From contig JADIIX010000062.1 in the NCBI GenBank assembly GCA_027604505.1, positions 1-64,000 of the forward strand: 64,000 nucleotides of DNA, given 5' to 3'. A program made the position numbers and the translations under genes. The notes beneath the pieces were generated by a model. The model was given only the letters and a program-made list of their open reading frames with translations, searched no databases and was not told the DNA's origin. The DNA is from Gonapodya sp. JEL0774 (taxonomy: Eukaryota). Below, one piece after another: positions 13,348 through 27,209 of this stretch (its first letter is position 1; every line of letters begins with the position of its first letter).

Positions 13348-14311
13348 GCAGGGAATATCCAACTAGACTTCACGTGTCAATATAGTCAAATATTTTCCAT
13401 GTAATGTGTTTTGAATGACTGTGTTCAAGACAAGGAGCAGTACCATGTACTCATCCCAGGGACTATTATTGCAGCCGGTACGCCATAGCAGCAGGCAGCA
13501 GCGGAAGGCGCAAACCGCACAGTAAAATGAGGACTTACTCAATTGCGTTACTACTGAAGATATCGCGTGGGCCGGTTGCCTGTTTACCCGTCGTTCGTGA
13601 CCGATTTTGGCAATGTTGGGTTCATGTAATGCTCCGTGGTTAATAAATAAAGTCGAGCTTCTCCATGCAATTTAACAGAAGTACGTTAAGCCGGATTCCG
13701 TGAATCAAGGGGTCTTTCCACTCAGTCCCCCATCAGACGGCAAGTGATCAGTACTGCATCATCTTCACATAATGCATTAAGCACTTATCTTGGCGTCATC
13801 TTCGCATATATTATGCACTTACTATCTTTTCAATCCACCTTACCAGGAAAGAATTCATGGAGGTTTCCTTCTTTTTGGGTATATTGAGTGCATTCAGTCT
13901 GTATTGTATACATAGTCGGAGTGCATTGGACTCCTTGGAAATGGATGCCGCTTTATAAATTTGATTTGATTATTGTAACAAAGATCCGTAATCGTGGTTG
14001 TGCGGGTGAACTAGATCGGGACTGAGGAGTAAATTGGTTTTGGAGAAAACTCAGTCGGTTCGTCAAGTCTCCAACATAAATTGCGTGCGACTTGGAAAGT
14101 CTGACGATCGGATTAATTCTTTCATTCGAGCGCTACTCTTCCTGCCCGTACCGCTTTGATTTTGCAACTGGTTCTCCTTTCTATAGATAACCATTTGTGA
14201 GGCACCACTCACCGTGTGTCCCCCAGGCGGTAAAATCCACCGAAAATTGGAGAAAGCGCGGGAAGCGACATCAGACGCCATCAGTAAAACGAAGGAGAAA
14301 GAAGACCTGAA

Positions 14312-15879
14312 ATGGAAGTACTTGGACACGAGGATGCCACACAGTTTGGAACAGGGATGGTTTCGCGAGAGATGATGGGAGACAAGGCAAGACGAGGAGA
14401 CGCAGACGAAGAGGACGCTCGAAATTTGGGAGAAAAAACGGGAATGGTCGACCGAAAGAGTAGAAAAAGCGTGGCTGGCGGCAAGGGTCAAGGCGGGCAC
14501 AACGTTAAGTCTGGGGTGGAAGCCAATGACATCACTGACGGAAAGGACGAGAGCGACTCTGGGTCGACGCTGACACACAACGAAAGCGGAGACTCTGAAA
14601 GGGGAGAGCACGATGCAGATGTGGATGGCGACGACTCCCCGACGACACTTTCAGACCAATCCTCTCTGACTCAACCCTCTGCAACTGTGGGCATGGCACT
14701 CGCAAACCTCGATCTCGCACCCGACGACCCTGTCTCCGCAGAAGCTGCACGGCTTGCTTCCAAGGGCCTCCCCATCCTCGGCGTTAAATCACTCGCCTGT
14801 GCACCGAGTGACTCTCTCGACACCTCCGCGACATCGAGTGTCTCAACGTCATCTTCCCCACCCCGCACATCCAAGAAAACTCCATCTATGAAATCTGTAT
14901 CTTCTTTGGCTTATACCGATAATGACAGTGTCACTCAGGTCGACCCAAATGCCCCAACTCGCAAAATGGTACGACGAGTCTCCTTCCATGATGGTCCCCC
15001 TGACGTCACGGAGGCACCAGACTACGGAAGACGCTCAGAGCACAGACCGGAACCTGTTGGTCTCATTGATACTGTGAGAATGATGAGGTTCATGAGTAAA
15101 ATGAGGTGAGAACAGGGGATTAACCTATTACAATCGTTATTCATCGTATTGATGCACGTGTTTCACCTCTCACGGCCTGACCCACAATACGCAGAAAACA
15201 AAATGTCGAAGAGCAAGCTCGTCGAGCGCAATCTATGCCCCCATCCTCCACAAACTCCTCCATCTCTCACTCGTCCGTGGCAAATGCCTCCACAGTCAAC
15301 CACCAAACCACTCGCCCCCGCGCTGCGACCCTCCCATCTCAGCTTGCCGAGCCCTCCAGCGCAGATGACGCGAGCGTGGCAAACTCGGATGACCCAGAGT
15401 CCCCAACTGGGTCTGATCAATCCGTGCCATCCTCCACCGCCACCTCAACTTCTCCATTAGGACCGGTGGGCGCCGATGTCAGCTGGGATGGGAGAGTCGG
15501 TCGTGGTAGGCCCAGTGCTTCTACCCAGGTGACGAAACAGCCCCATCAACAATCCCAACAAACCACCAAACCACAAAAACCAACTGCCCTTGCACGGCTT
15601 CTTAGTCGTGCTGCTTCTCCTGCTCGCTCATCGTCCACACCACCTGCTGGAACCGCCTCGTCTTTTTCATCATCTTCAACTGTTGTGCCCTCACCAACGT
15701 TTCCTCCCAAAATTTCCACCTCTTCGTCTTCATCGTCCCTGTCTGCTATTGCGTCTTCCCAATCAACAACCGTCCCTTCTACTGTGCGGGTGGTTGCGCC
15801 AACTTTTCCGCCAAAGAAGTCGGATGCGGTGGAAGGTGACAAGGCGAAGAAATCTGGACTTTTTGGCAGAATGAAATGA
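14312..15879 (+). CDS. Disordered protein with an RVxF-type PP1-docking module (paralogue of 61145-63993)
   Basis: ORF 14312-15109 is joined in frame to ORF 15235-15879 by a GT-AG intron ending at 15194. Motif RRVSFHDGPPDVTEAPDY. Confidence 0.7.
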
Positions 15880-16273
15880 GCTGTTGGTGAGACGGTGGAC
15901 TGTGTGAATTGTAGTGCGATCGAGGGATTTTTTGTACAGGAGCGGGAGATCGGTCTAGCTCAACCCCCTTAATTGACAGTTGTTTGACGGACATTGCGAG
16001 TGCGCAGATTTGGTTCACCGCGATGGACCGGAGAGATAGATAGTGGAAAGACTGGATTTCGTGCTTGTATTAGCTACATAATTATATCCGAGTTGACATT
16101 TTCAAGTCCATTTGTGCTTGTGATTTATGGGCCACAGTCGCTTGCATGCTCGAAGTCGCGTACTTTAACTATTGCATGTTCTTCTTGACGAGAATGACAT
16201 GTGAATAAAAATATGACCTGTAACTATAAAATACGCCGCTGCGACTTCCAACTCGTTACAGTCCTAAATGTAA

Positions 16274-18150
16274 TCAAACCATTCTACCCCTGCGTATCTT
16301 CCTCGCAGCCCATTTTCCCTTTCCTGAATCCTTTCCACCTCTTGCATCACAGTCATCGCTCCATCCCTGAGGGGCGGTACCTGCTCCCAGTGGACCAGTG
16401 GGTTGGGGGACAGTTGGATCTGTCGTGAAAGGTTCGGTGGAGCTGACGTTCTTCACCCTCCCCAACAAAAATTCGACTTCGCGGAAAGCCGCTGTTGGTG
16501 CATACTGCGGAACCATATGTCCCGACAAGTCAATGCTATCCCAAGTCAAACCGCGCTCTGTGTGTGTGGTGCCGAAGACTCCAGATGCAGCTACAGTTGC
16601 CAACGACGGATCCTCGTTGTGATATGGAACAAAGAAGGGGGCGACAGGCTTGCTTTGGAAACCGAGTTTGCCACCCCATGTCATGTTCTGGATCGCCAAG
16701 AGAGAACCATTAGTCATGACAATCATGTCCAGTGCACCACTGGAAATGATAACGTTCTTGGTTTTGTCGATCACGTTGGGAAGAACTTTGATGATGGACG
16801 GAACTGACTTGTCCGTCGTTAAAACACCGCCCGAGCACTCCAACCAAGTGACGTTGGGAGCGTGGATCGCAGCTTGAACGTCGGCGCGCTGGAAGTAGAT
16901 CTCTCCGCCCTCTGGAAGATAGTCGAACGAGCCCGGGAATCCTAGTGGGTCATAAAGAAGAGGACATGTAGTAGCAACTTGGTAAACGTCGAAGCACGGA
17001 TTGAGCCAGGAGGCTGCTTCGAATGTTGCATCAAAGATGCTCCAGCATTCATCCGTGGTTGTGCCGTTTTCATCGGTTCCGGGGAGCACGTTGGGCTGTG
17101 GCCCGACTGGCGGATAAGTGAGGTACTTGTTCAAGTACGCTGTATAGCCACATTTGGCATCGCGTTTGCAAATTGTTTCGCGGAAGGTGTCGTTGAATGG
17201 GAATAAACCCCCCCAATAGTCCGTAAAAGCCTTGGTTGTGATGAGTGATTGAATTTCATCTTTCGCGATGACTGGATCATAGATTAGCATGCCTGACATG
17301 TTGAAGTAGGTCGGGTCTTTCTTGTCGAGCATGGCGCTAGCGATGTAAGGGCAATATAGCCCGGCGTAGGATTCCCCGGAGATGTAAACTTTATAGCCCT
17401 GCATGCTGAATGTTTTGACAAAATTTTTCCAGAAACCCAGGAATTGCTCCGCGACTTCTTCTTCGCTTTCAGCAGTTGGCGTGCCTTGTGTGAAGCCGGT
17501 CCCGAGAGGCTGTTCCACCCACACAGTGTGCACCAATTTGTCCCAACTCCAGCGATTTGGAAAGGGTTTGAGAGTGCCATATTGCCAGAGGAACGGACCG
17601 TTCTCTTGGAAGAGGCCTTCGAATGAAGAGCATCCAGGCTGCGCGTCCATTCCGTGAGTGGGTGATTTGAGTTGAGAAGAAGTTACATGAAGTACTTACC
17701 CCGCCATTCAACCATATCATAATCTCCTTACTTGAAGCCGGATTTTGCGATGGGAAGAACCAAAAGAAAAGCTGGTTCGGATCCGTGGCGTTGTCCGAGA
17801 TTGGAAGCAACCCGGCATACGACTCGCCAACATCGAAGTCCACGAGCGGTATTGCACTACCATTTACAGCGAATTCTATAATTGGAGGAAGAGAGAGCAA
17901 GTTGGAGTAGGATGATTGTCTCATTGGTGTTATTATTCTCACTGGTGGTATTCGCATTCAAGAACAACGGCTTCGGAGGTTCTTCCTTCGCGAGGTTCAG
18001 AGAGAAGAGTTTTTGACTGCTCTTGATGCTTGCCAATCTCTCCTTTGCAAGCTGTCCTGGACGTCCGAATCGCGATGTGCCCGCGCTTGACACAACGGAA
18101 AATGAGGCTACGGAAAGCGTGAGAGCGACGAGAGCCCTTCCCCACAACAT
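16274..18150 (-). CDS. Secreted serine carboxypeptidase S10 (CpdS/PepF-like)
   Basis: Signal peptide; WLNGG|PGCSS; GESYAG nucleophile motif; catalytic Asp (GALDMI) and His (SGHMVPQY); introns 17876-17942 and 17639-17699. Confidence 0.95.
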
Positions 18151-18697
18151 GATCGTGCCTTAGTGGGAGATTTCGCAACGCAAGAGTAAGGATGAGGAAC
18201 CAGACACTGGATAGACCGTGCGATTTCTTCAAACGAAGGAGATATTGGACCCTGGATTTGATTGAATTTGTACATTTGGAATCCACGGTAATGTCAGGAT
18301 GGGGACTCCTCCTGGAATAAAATACCCCTCATTGATTGAATGACTCCACACAGTCTCTCAGCTTATTATTGTTCCTCTCATGTTTTTACAGCGCCAGCTA
18401 AGCGGCACTCGATGAAAATAGTTTGAAATTGTTTGGCGATCAGGTACAAAACAAGAATGTTGAGGGGTTTGTCGCGGGGTCCATCTCCGTCATCACCATC
18501 AGTTTCCTCCAAAACACTAGACTTTTCGTATTAATAGAAGTGGATTGACAGATGCTCGACGGTCATCTTAGCAATCTCCCTATTGGCTCTTTGCATATAT
18601 GTACGAGGACACCGTCCCTCAAGAGAACGATGAAATTGCTTGTGTGAGTATGCGAGCCGAGGAATTGGGAGGGTGATATTTCAATTTATCCAAAAAC

Positions 18698-21600
18698 TTA
18701 TTCGGTGATTGGCGCCAAAACAGAACCCCCACTCTGCCGGACAGGCACTGGTGGGGGTTTCATTGAACTCCTCCTATTCTGCAGTCGAGCCCCATCACCA
18801 TCGACATCTGTAGCCTCCGCCACATCCATCGTCTCATCCTGTCCATTCAACAAATCCTGCCAGTCCAAGTTAAACATCTCCAACGGTTGCCACCCCGTCC
18901 TCCTTTCTGTGTCCAATAAGAGAAAGGATGCGGTGACCGCAAGTCTCTCGTGGCATACCTGACCTCCCCTGTCGGGAAGGAAATCCAGCTCTGCCATCCC
19001 ATACAAGTCTCGTTTTGTCAGGCTTGGAATGGCAGGACACAGTGTGGACAGAGTGTCGTGAAAATCTTCGAGAGTCAGTGAACCAAGGGAATGGGCGTCA
19101 GATTTAAGCAAGGAGAGGTAGAACTGAAAGAGGTCAAACAATTATCACTGTCAAGATGCAGATGCAATTCCAAGGCTGGCACCCCAAGCAGCACTCACAA
19201 ATTTATAGTTCGGCTCCAATCCCTCCCTGATCATGTGGACCACATGCCCCACACTCCTCTCCTTTGAAACAATATTCTTGGAGAAAGCAACTGCCTCCAA
19301 CTCAATCTGCTCATACGTCGAACCATCTCTTCCAGGCCACACCACCCTCGCTGCTTGTCTCCACCGTTCCAAATCCAGTGGCTCGTATCTCGCGAAGCAC
19401 TCGTCAACAAGCCTGATGTACTTCCACAGGGCGTCTTCTTCGCCAGAGAGGTGGCGCGCAAAGAGGGAGACAGGGACGGACATTGCGTCGAAGCGCTGGA
19501 GTGCGGCAATGATATCGTGGGCCACGCGGAGAGTGATTTCATCGATTTGATACCGGCGGTGCAGGAATTCGAAGAAAGTGTCCTTCGCAAGAGAACATCA
19601 CCGACAGGCATTATCGCAACCCAAATCAGTAAAAGTGAAGATAAGATACCGTAATGTTGAGTTAGATTTGTCAAAAGGCCACCCACCACCAATCTCCCCA
19701 ACTTGATCAGCTGCCCCAATCTCTGTGCCTTCTCCTCAGCATCCCAGCGCTCATCATACACTTCAGTAATAAAAAGTTCAAGCTTATCGAGGTTCCAGCT
19801 ACGCGACGTTCGAGGTTTGACGCCTTTGCGATGCTCATACTTCCCAATGGTCGTAAAAGAGAAGTATCCAGTATGAAGTTTATGTCACCAAACTCGCCCG
19901 CCTACCGACCCAATTCGCAACTCACAAAATGATGCCAAATTACCCTGTATGTCTTCGGTTGCTCGAAATTGAGATCTTCCGTCTCCTCATCCGCGTCATC
20001 GTCGTCGTCTGTAACACCCATCCCATACAGCACGTCCGCTGCCGATTCCCTTTCTCTCGCCCCTACCTTATCCCAATCGTTTCCATTCTGTGCATCATCC
20101 ACTACTACCCGAACGGCCTCTCCCACCCCCACGCCGGGACCTGAGGCTGCTTCTCTGGCAGCTGCCCGAGCTTTGTCCGCCTCAATCTTTCCCTCCGGTG
20201 TGAGTCTCACCCTGAGACGAAGTTTTGGATGTCGGAATCGAATATGCGTAGCCCCCGAGGGAACTGGGAGAGGGATCGGAGGTGCCGGTTGGTGAGGGCA
20301 AACGACGGTCTGGAAGGTGCGATGTGGTAAATTGGAATCCCACTCTCCGCAGTCTTCCCTGGAACAGCCAGCCAGCTCACCCTCTCGCCACATTTGCCAC
20401 AAAACTTGACCCCAACCTCCCTTCCCCAACTCCGCCACACCACCCCGCCATCCACCGAATATTCCGCAATTACCGCATACACTCGGGTAGATTCGTCGGC
20501 AACACGACGCACTGTATCCGTACTGACACCACCACCACCTGTCCCTGACGCTCCAGAGCTGCCCGAGGAGGGCCCGCTCCCATTTCTCTTTGTATCGTAA
20601 ATCTCCAACAAAGACCGTAGCTGTTGTCTATGCGACCGAGTCGCGACTTGCTCGGAGAGGAGGGAGGATACTTTGGTGCGAAAAGTGAGCGAGAGTGAAG
20701 CCACCTGGTTTGGATGGATTTCAGCCCTCGCTCGGACGAGGAATTGAGTAGGAGGAGGCCGATACCCACCTCAGCCCTTATCGCGTCTTCCCTCTCCGCT
20801 GCCACTCTGGCCTCTTCTTCTTCCTCTTCTGCCCCTCCTTGAATCTCTGTTCCTGTTGCGTCCCCAACACCACCGACTCCTTCATAGTCAACACCACCCC
20901 CAATACTCCCCGCTACCTCTCTCTCCGCCCTCCTTCTCTGCACCTCCCTAGCCAATCTGCGAGCAATGTCCCGTTTCCGGGCGAGGTTCGAGAGGTGGAG
21001 TTCGTAGTCCTCGATTTGGAGGTTCAGGATGCTCGAGAGTTGGTCATCCAGGTGGAGAGAGGAGTGCAAGAAAAGACGAGTGGTGGTCTGGGCGGGTTAA
21101 TGAAGCTGTGAGAAAATGGTCAAGAAAGTGACAAACCCTCACGGCGACGAAGGGCAGCATCTTGCGTCCCGAACAAGCCAAGTGCCACGCTGGAACAACT
21201 CACAAACGGCTCAACAACCACCCCACTCCAGCCCCCACTCCCCTCCTCTCCGTCACTCCCTTCCTCCACTTCGCCTTCTTGCTTGAACACGCTGAGTTTC
21301 TCGATCACTCCCGTAGCTTGCTGTAGACTCTGCTTGACTTGCAGGTGTTCCGAGCGAAGTTGAGTGAGTTGAGCGGCGTGGGTGGCGTGGAGGTTGGTGA
21401 GAGTGTGGTGGAGTTGGGATATTTGGGTGGTTTGCTGAACGGTTTGGGATTGCAGTTGTGAGATGGTGGTAAGGTGAGTCGCAAGGGACTCTCTGTGGAA
21501 GGTGTGCAAGGAGAGGTGAGGATCCAAGGACGATGACGAACCACACAACATGATAGAAATGAGGCGGCAGCCAGAAGGCCTAGCTCACTGACGAAGTTTT

Positions 21601-22730
21601 TAAGGTGGGGATCCCGCAGTCAAAAGCGAGAACGTCTGCCTCTGGTGACCCCGTTGGAAGTAATCCACAATGAGCTGCCTCAATCTTTCGAAAGATGCAC
21701 CAACAAAGAGAGGACCACGTCACAACAAATCCGCACATGCAGAAACGTACTTCAACTGCATGTTCCTCCGATTCAAAGAAACAAGTTCGCCCTCCTTTTG
21801 CTTCAACCGTGTCTCGAGCTCCTTGATTCTTTCCTCTGACAGTGCGACCTCTTCTGCACGGATTTCGAGCACACGTTGTGCGGTTGAGAAGTGCGGTAGG
21901 CGTTCAATCGCAGTTGTTGGGGAAGGAGAAGAAAATTTGGTGAATTTTGAGGACGGGGAGGATGAGAAGAGAGAAGAATCCGCAGGAGATTGCGGCGATG
22001 CGGTCAGCGTCTGTGAGTAGACTGATGCGTGCAGTTCATGTCTGACGGCAAGGAGGAGATCGGCATAGATGGGCAGCAGGGGTATGATGGAGTCAAGGAC
22101 TGCAAACGATGCACGGGCGCGCTCTTTCGAAGGGGAATCGGGGTGGGCAGAAAACACTTGGTTAAGATGGATAAGGAGGGAGAGAGAGGGAGAGCGAGAA
22201 GGATTGGCGTTGCCCGCGTGAAGAGAAGGAGTGAATGTGGGGGCGAGAGGGAGAGGAAGAGCTGGGGCATGTTTCGAGGGATGTTTGGATGGAGGTGGAG
22301 TGTGAGTGTGGGCAGTATTGGTGGGGGGGCGTGCAGGAGACGATGGGGACTTTGCGTTGGCGACCTTCTCGAGCTTCTTTGATCTTTCATTAGCCAGTCC
22401 AGCAGAGCTCGACGGGACGGTCGCAGCACCACTAGTCCTGCCCTGTGGAGTGCGGATGCGCTGAAGCTGCGGCCGTGCCGGTGCGGAATGAGGAGGGGCG
22501 GAACCACTAAGTGCCGATGAAGCCACCGACTTGATGGATTTTGCTGAGATGGAAGGACCAGGGGCTGAGGCGGCGGCAATGTTCGTGGAGGCAGATTCAT
22601 TCGAGTTCGAGGGGAGCTGGGGAGTTTTGTAAGGGAGAGCGTCAGGCGCGGAAAGTGGTTGCGCTGACGGGTTCGCGACAAGTGAAAGCGACGAGCGCCG
22701 TGTCGCGGAGGAAGCCAAAGTCGCAGCCAT
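18698..22730 (-). CDS. TSNAXIP1-like (translin-associated factor X-interacting) coiled-coil protein, multi-exon
   Basis: ERARASFAVLDSIIPLLPIYADLLLAVRHEL resembles TSNAXIP1_N, followed by coiled coils and a C-terminal QHYG...IIAALQRF...LFARHLSGE block. Family recognition is from memory, and the start and exon joins are approximate. Confidence 0.5.
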
Positions 22731-23316
22731 CGCGCACGAAAAAACTGCAGCCAAAATGCGGTTGAGCAGCAGGAAAGGATTTACACAATTCGCACATCCT
22801 TACAGAATGACTGAACTGCTCCATTTCCCCACCAATACATAATCAAATTCATTTCCCCGACCCCTGGCGCACCTCTTTTCCGACTCAAGAACCTATTGAC
22901 AATAATATCATGCGGTTCTCGCTCACGTGTGAAAAGAAATCCGTTTAATAAGTTTTCATTAGGGGCTTCACGGTGATGAAACCTGTCGAAACCTCCCTAT
23001 TGATTCATAAAGCGTTCAAGAGTCTGTTTTGCCTTCACATGGCTGGAAAGGTCCGAGCGGGTGAGGGAGAGGAAAGGGGGGACATAAAGCATATCGTGGG
23101 AAATGTTCGGAAGTCACAGAGCAAGCACCGCTTTCCTGCCTCCTGCTTTTTACATTGCGAGGATGTACGGATGTAACGATTGCGGTTCTAATTATATGCC
23201 AAGCCAAGGGAATGATTGTGCATGTGAATAAACTCGAACCAACAACGTGTATCTTCCACATGTGAATGGGAACTCGAACCCAACAACGCGGATCTTCCAC
23301 AATCTGAGTGGGCACG

Positions 23317-26300
23317 ATGGCATCACCACGCGAAACAACCCGATTACTCCAGGTGGATAGCGGCAGCTCCAGTGAATCAGACATGGAGATCGGACCACCC
23401 GTTTCATACGGCACCAATGCATCCACTCGGAACACCCGGTCAAGACTGCGTCCCAAGAAAGCACCAAATAAAACATATACGGACGGCGCTAAACATGCAG
23501 ATCGGTCGTCTCGCCTTATTGTGGCTCCTAAAGCGTCCCCGTTTTCTGATACAGCAACCAAGTCTGAACAAGTCCAACCTTCCAATACCCACATTCTCGA
23601 CTTGCCAACTAGCATGAACGAAACACACCCTCAAAAGATGTCCAAAAGTTGGATGTGGGTGAGACTGCGATAGTAAGTTGTTTCGTCAAGGGTCTTCCAG
23701 CCCGGCGAGTCACCCAAAACGAGATGGGTGTCTTTTCTGCCCGTCCTCGCTTTCACACTCTTTCATCAATCTCCAATTCCTTGGGGTGCATGCCCTTAAC
23801 TTACCTGAGCAACTCGTGGCTGCTCGCATACTTGGAGCTCTAACAAAGCAACTGACAACTTCACCCTCTTTTGAAGCTATGTCCCCATACTTCGCTGGCT
23901 ACCACTCTATACGTTCACCGACTTTCGTGCTGATCTAATTGCTGGGGTCACGGTTGCGTTCCTCTTGATACCTGGCGCCATATCCTACGCGGCGGGAATG
24001 CTGCGTGTTCCACCTGTGTATGGCCTGTACACTGGAGTGTGGCCAGTGTTGGCATACACGGTGTTTGGGACGAGCAAGTGATTGTTGCACTCAGCGTAAT
24101 TTGAAAATATCTGTGATTAACGACGCACCTCTTTGTCGCACTCTGGGGCAGACAGCTTGCGTGCGGACCAGATGCAATTGTTTCCATTCTCTCCGGCTCC
24201 ATCATCCATGAATACCTTTCGTCTCCGTCTGTTGTTTCGGGTAGCTTCCCTCCAATTAGTGAGCCGGCAGGCAATTTTGCCTGGACTTCTCCACCTTCCT
24301 CAACCGATCCTCAGCTGGCAACTCGCCTCGAGACGATGTCCACTCTCACCCTCTTGGTCGGGCTCTTCACTTTTTTTCTGGGATTTTTTAGACTGGGTTT
24401 CTTGGACTCCATTTTGTCGAAGCCGATGATTCGGGGATTCGTTCTCGCCCTCGCGTCCCTCATAATAATCGAACAAGCTCCGGGAATGTTGGGCATCGAC
24501 AAGGCGGCCCTTGAGCCCGAGCCTATCAACAATGAGCCCTACGAGCCTACGCCGTTCCAGAAGCTGGCATCACTCATATCACATTTAGGCATGGCACATA
24601 CTCCAACTGTGATTGTGTCTATATGCACAGTATCCATCCTCCAAGTTCTTCGTGCCTTCAAACGCTCTTCGCAGAAGCTGCAGCTTCTTCCGGAAGTTCT
24701 GTTAGTCATGATTATGGCAACAACGCTCAGTTGGAGGTTCGAGTGGGCAGACGCTGGAATTCCGGTACTCGGACCCGCCCAAGGCGGATTGGTTGCACCT
24801 GCTCTTCCAAACCTACGTCCCGGTGCAGTTCGTGGTCTAACCACACCGGCTGTTCTGGTGTCCATCATTGGATTCGTCGAAGCTATCACAGCATCAAAGC
24901 ATCTTGCAGCTCATCACAACGAGCCACTCCGACCCAATCGGGAACTCGTAGCGCTTGGCATGAACAACATAGTTGGATCAGCTGTAGGCGCTTTTCCAAG
25001 TTTCGGGAGCCTTCCAAGATCTATCGTGAATGACCGCGCTGGAGCGCGCACCCAGATGGCTGGCCTTGTCACAGCAACAGTTGTGTTGTTCACATGTCTT
25101 TTCGCTATGCCTCTCTTGCAACCGTTGCCGCAATGCGTGTTGTCATCGGTCATTTGCGTTGTAGCAGCTGACTTACTTGAGTTTGAAGAGCTGTTATTCC
25201 TTGCCACGGTCAGAGGGTGGTCGGACCTGGCAATGGCTGGTGTCACTTTCTTTGCAACTTCCTTCGTCGGCGTCGAATCGGGGACTATTCTGTCCATCTC
25301 AGCATCACTGCTACTGGTTGTGCGGGAAACAGCAGGGGTGTCAATTGAAGTTATGGGGAGAGTGAAGGTACCTCGTCTTGATAGGAGTGGTGCGATTCAG
25401 TACAAGTACAAATATGTAGGGTTGAGTGGAGACGTGAAGGCTGCCCGCCAGAAGCATGAGTGGGATGGTGAAGGTGCCGATGTTGCGGAAGAACCGAACC
25501 CAAACGAATCCGCTGACGGAGGAGCTTGGGGATGGGGTTGGCTATGGGGTGTGGGTGGATTGACTTCCAAAAAATTCGAAGATTCTGACAGTGATAGCGA
25601 TTCGCACGGTGGTGTGAACTCTTCGTCCACGGGTGCGGACAGTGGGGAGAGTGCGGGCGGTCACAGTCCCACAAAGCCGTCTCAATACCGACATATTACC
25701 TCGCTGGGAAATTCAGGGGAAACTATCTCCTCACCGACTACTGGAAAGGTTCCGCTCACAGCTGGATCATTCCCGGTGCTCAAGATTCCGGGGATACTGT
25801 TACTGCGGATATCGGAACCGCTCTTTTTCGGGAATGTTGGTCATCTTAGAGAACAAATTCGGCGAGCCGAAATGTATGGCGAGCTGGGAGCACATCCCGG
25901 AGAGGACCCTCCTTCCGTGAGTTTTTCTTACGCAAGTCTCGGTTTATGCTTGGACTTGAAATTCGTATTTTGGTTATCAGGCACAGGAAGCTGGGGGTGG
26001 AAACGCGCTGTTCGGAGTTGTGATGGAAGTCAGTGGCGTCACAACGGTTGACCCAAGGTGAGGGAGAGAGAGATTTCACCAGTTTTATATCCAAGGTCTA
26101 TCTCACTGCCCAATTCTGCAGCGCACTCTCCACTTTGATCAGTATGGTCTCCTCGTTTTCTGACCGCAGAGTTTCCGTGTGCTTTGTGAAGCTCCCTCCA
26201 TCTTGTTACAAGCCGTTCGAGCGAGCCGGATTACTCGAGCGGACAGAATCCAGCGGTGGTGGGTTCTTCGGTAAAATCGGAGATGCTGTGGATTGGTTAG

Positions 26301-26872
26301 AGGAGGCCGAACAAGGAAAAAAGAGGCAGAGTGTGCTTAGCGAAAGCTTGGGGCAGTCGACGTATTCCGTGGCAGGCGTTGGACAAGAGGCGGGAGAGGA
26401 AATGGATCACACAGACCGTGCTCCGGCCAAGTGGGCTCGTGATCGAGCCAAGGGCCTATGGCGAAAACTGCGCGCCTCACAGACATTATCCCCAGAGCCT
26501 CCCCTTGCGCCAATAACCGAGACTGGAGAAGCGGACGGGGTAGCCTCGAATCCATCATTTGCTCGTGCCAACACAGGGACGGGATTCGTTGACCAAATAT
26601 CTATCGCATTCCCTTTCGTGGGCCTCGGGTCACATCCTCCATCTCCCACGCGAGCCCAGTCGCATGGAACAGGATACCATAATGTCGTGCCCGCAGAAGA
26701 CCAAATCGATATTGAGGCCGGGGAAGACGAATCGTCTGGGGATGAACTCGATAGTGGAACTTTGAAATCCCTACAGAGGCAGAGGACTGACGTGTTTGTG
26801 GCTGATAACGTCCCCAACCTCGTCAGGAGGGTGAGCAGCGGGAATGAGAGCTCAATATCAAAACGGAACTAG
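23317..26872 (+). CDS. SulP/SLC26 anion transporter with a STAS domain, multi-exon
   Basis: DLIAGVTVAFLLIP, YGLY, NRELVALG, FGSLPRSIVN, GARTQMAG; STAS segments LLRISEPLFFGN and VDxSAL-like. Confidence 0.93.
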
Positions 26873-27209
26873 GAAAACCAGGCATCCCAGTGGCGTATAT
26901 ATATTCCATCTGTACAATGTATGCATAAAAGATAGAACTTTGCCCCTCCATTATTGGAATCAAGAAGAATCTTGCCATTAAGGCGTCTTTTCTCATCCTT
27001 GCAGCGATTGAAACTCCACGTTGCAGAGGGTTATCAGCGCACCAGAAATTCTTCATTTACACTAAACAGTAATATTTATTTTTGTTTGATTTGTCCACGC
27101 CCGCCTGCAGGGGCATGTGCCGCCAACCGCGGTAAGTTATTCCAGTCCACTCACAGACTCCCTCAATCTCTTGCCGGATCCGCCGGACCGATCGTCACGA
27201 CCTTTTCAG

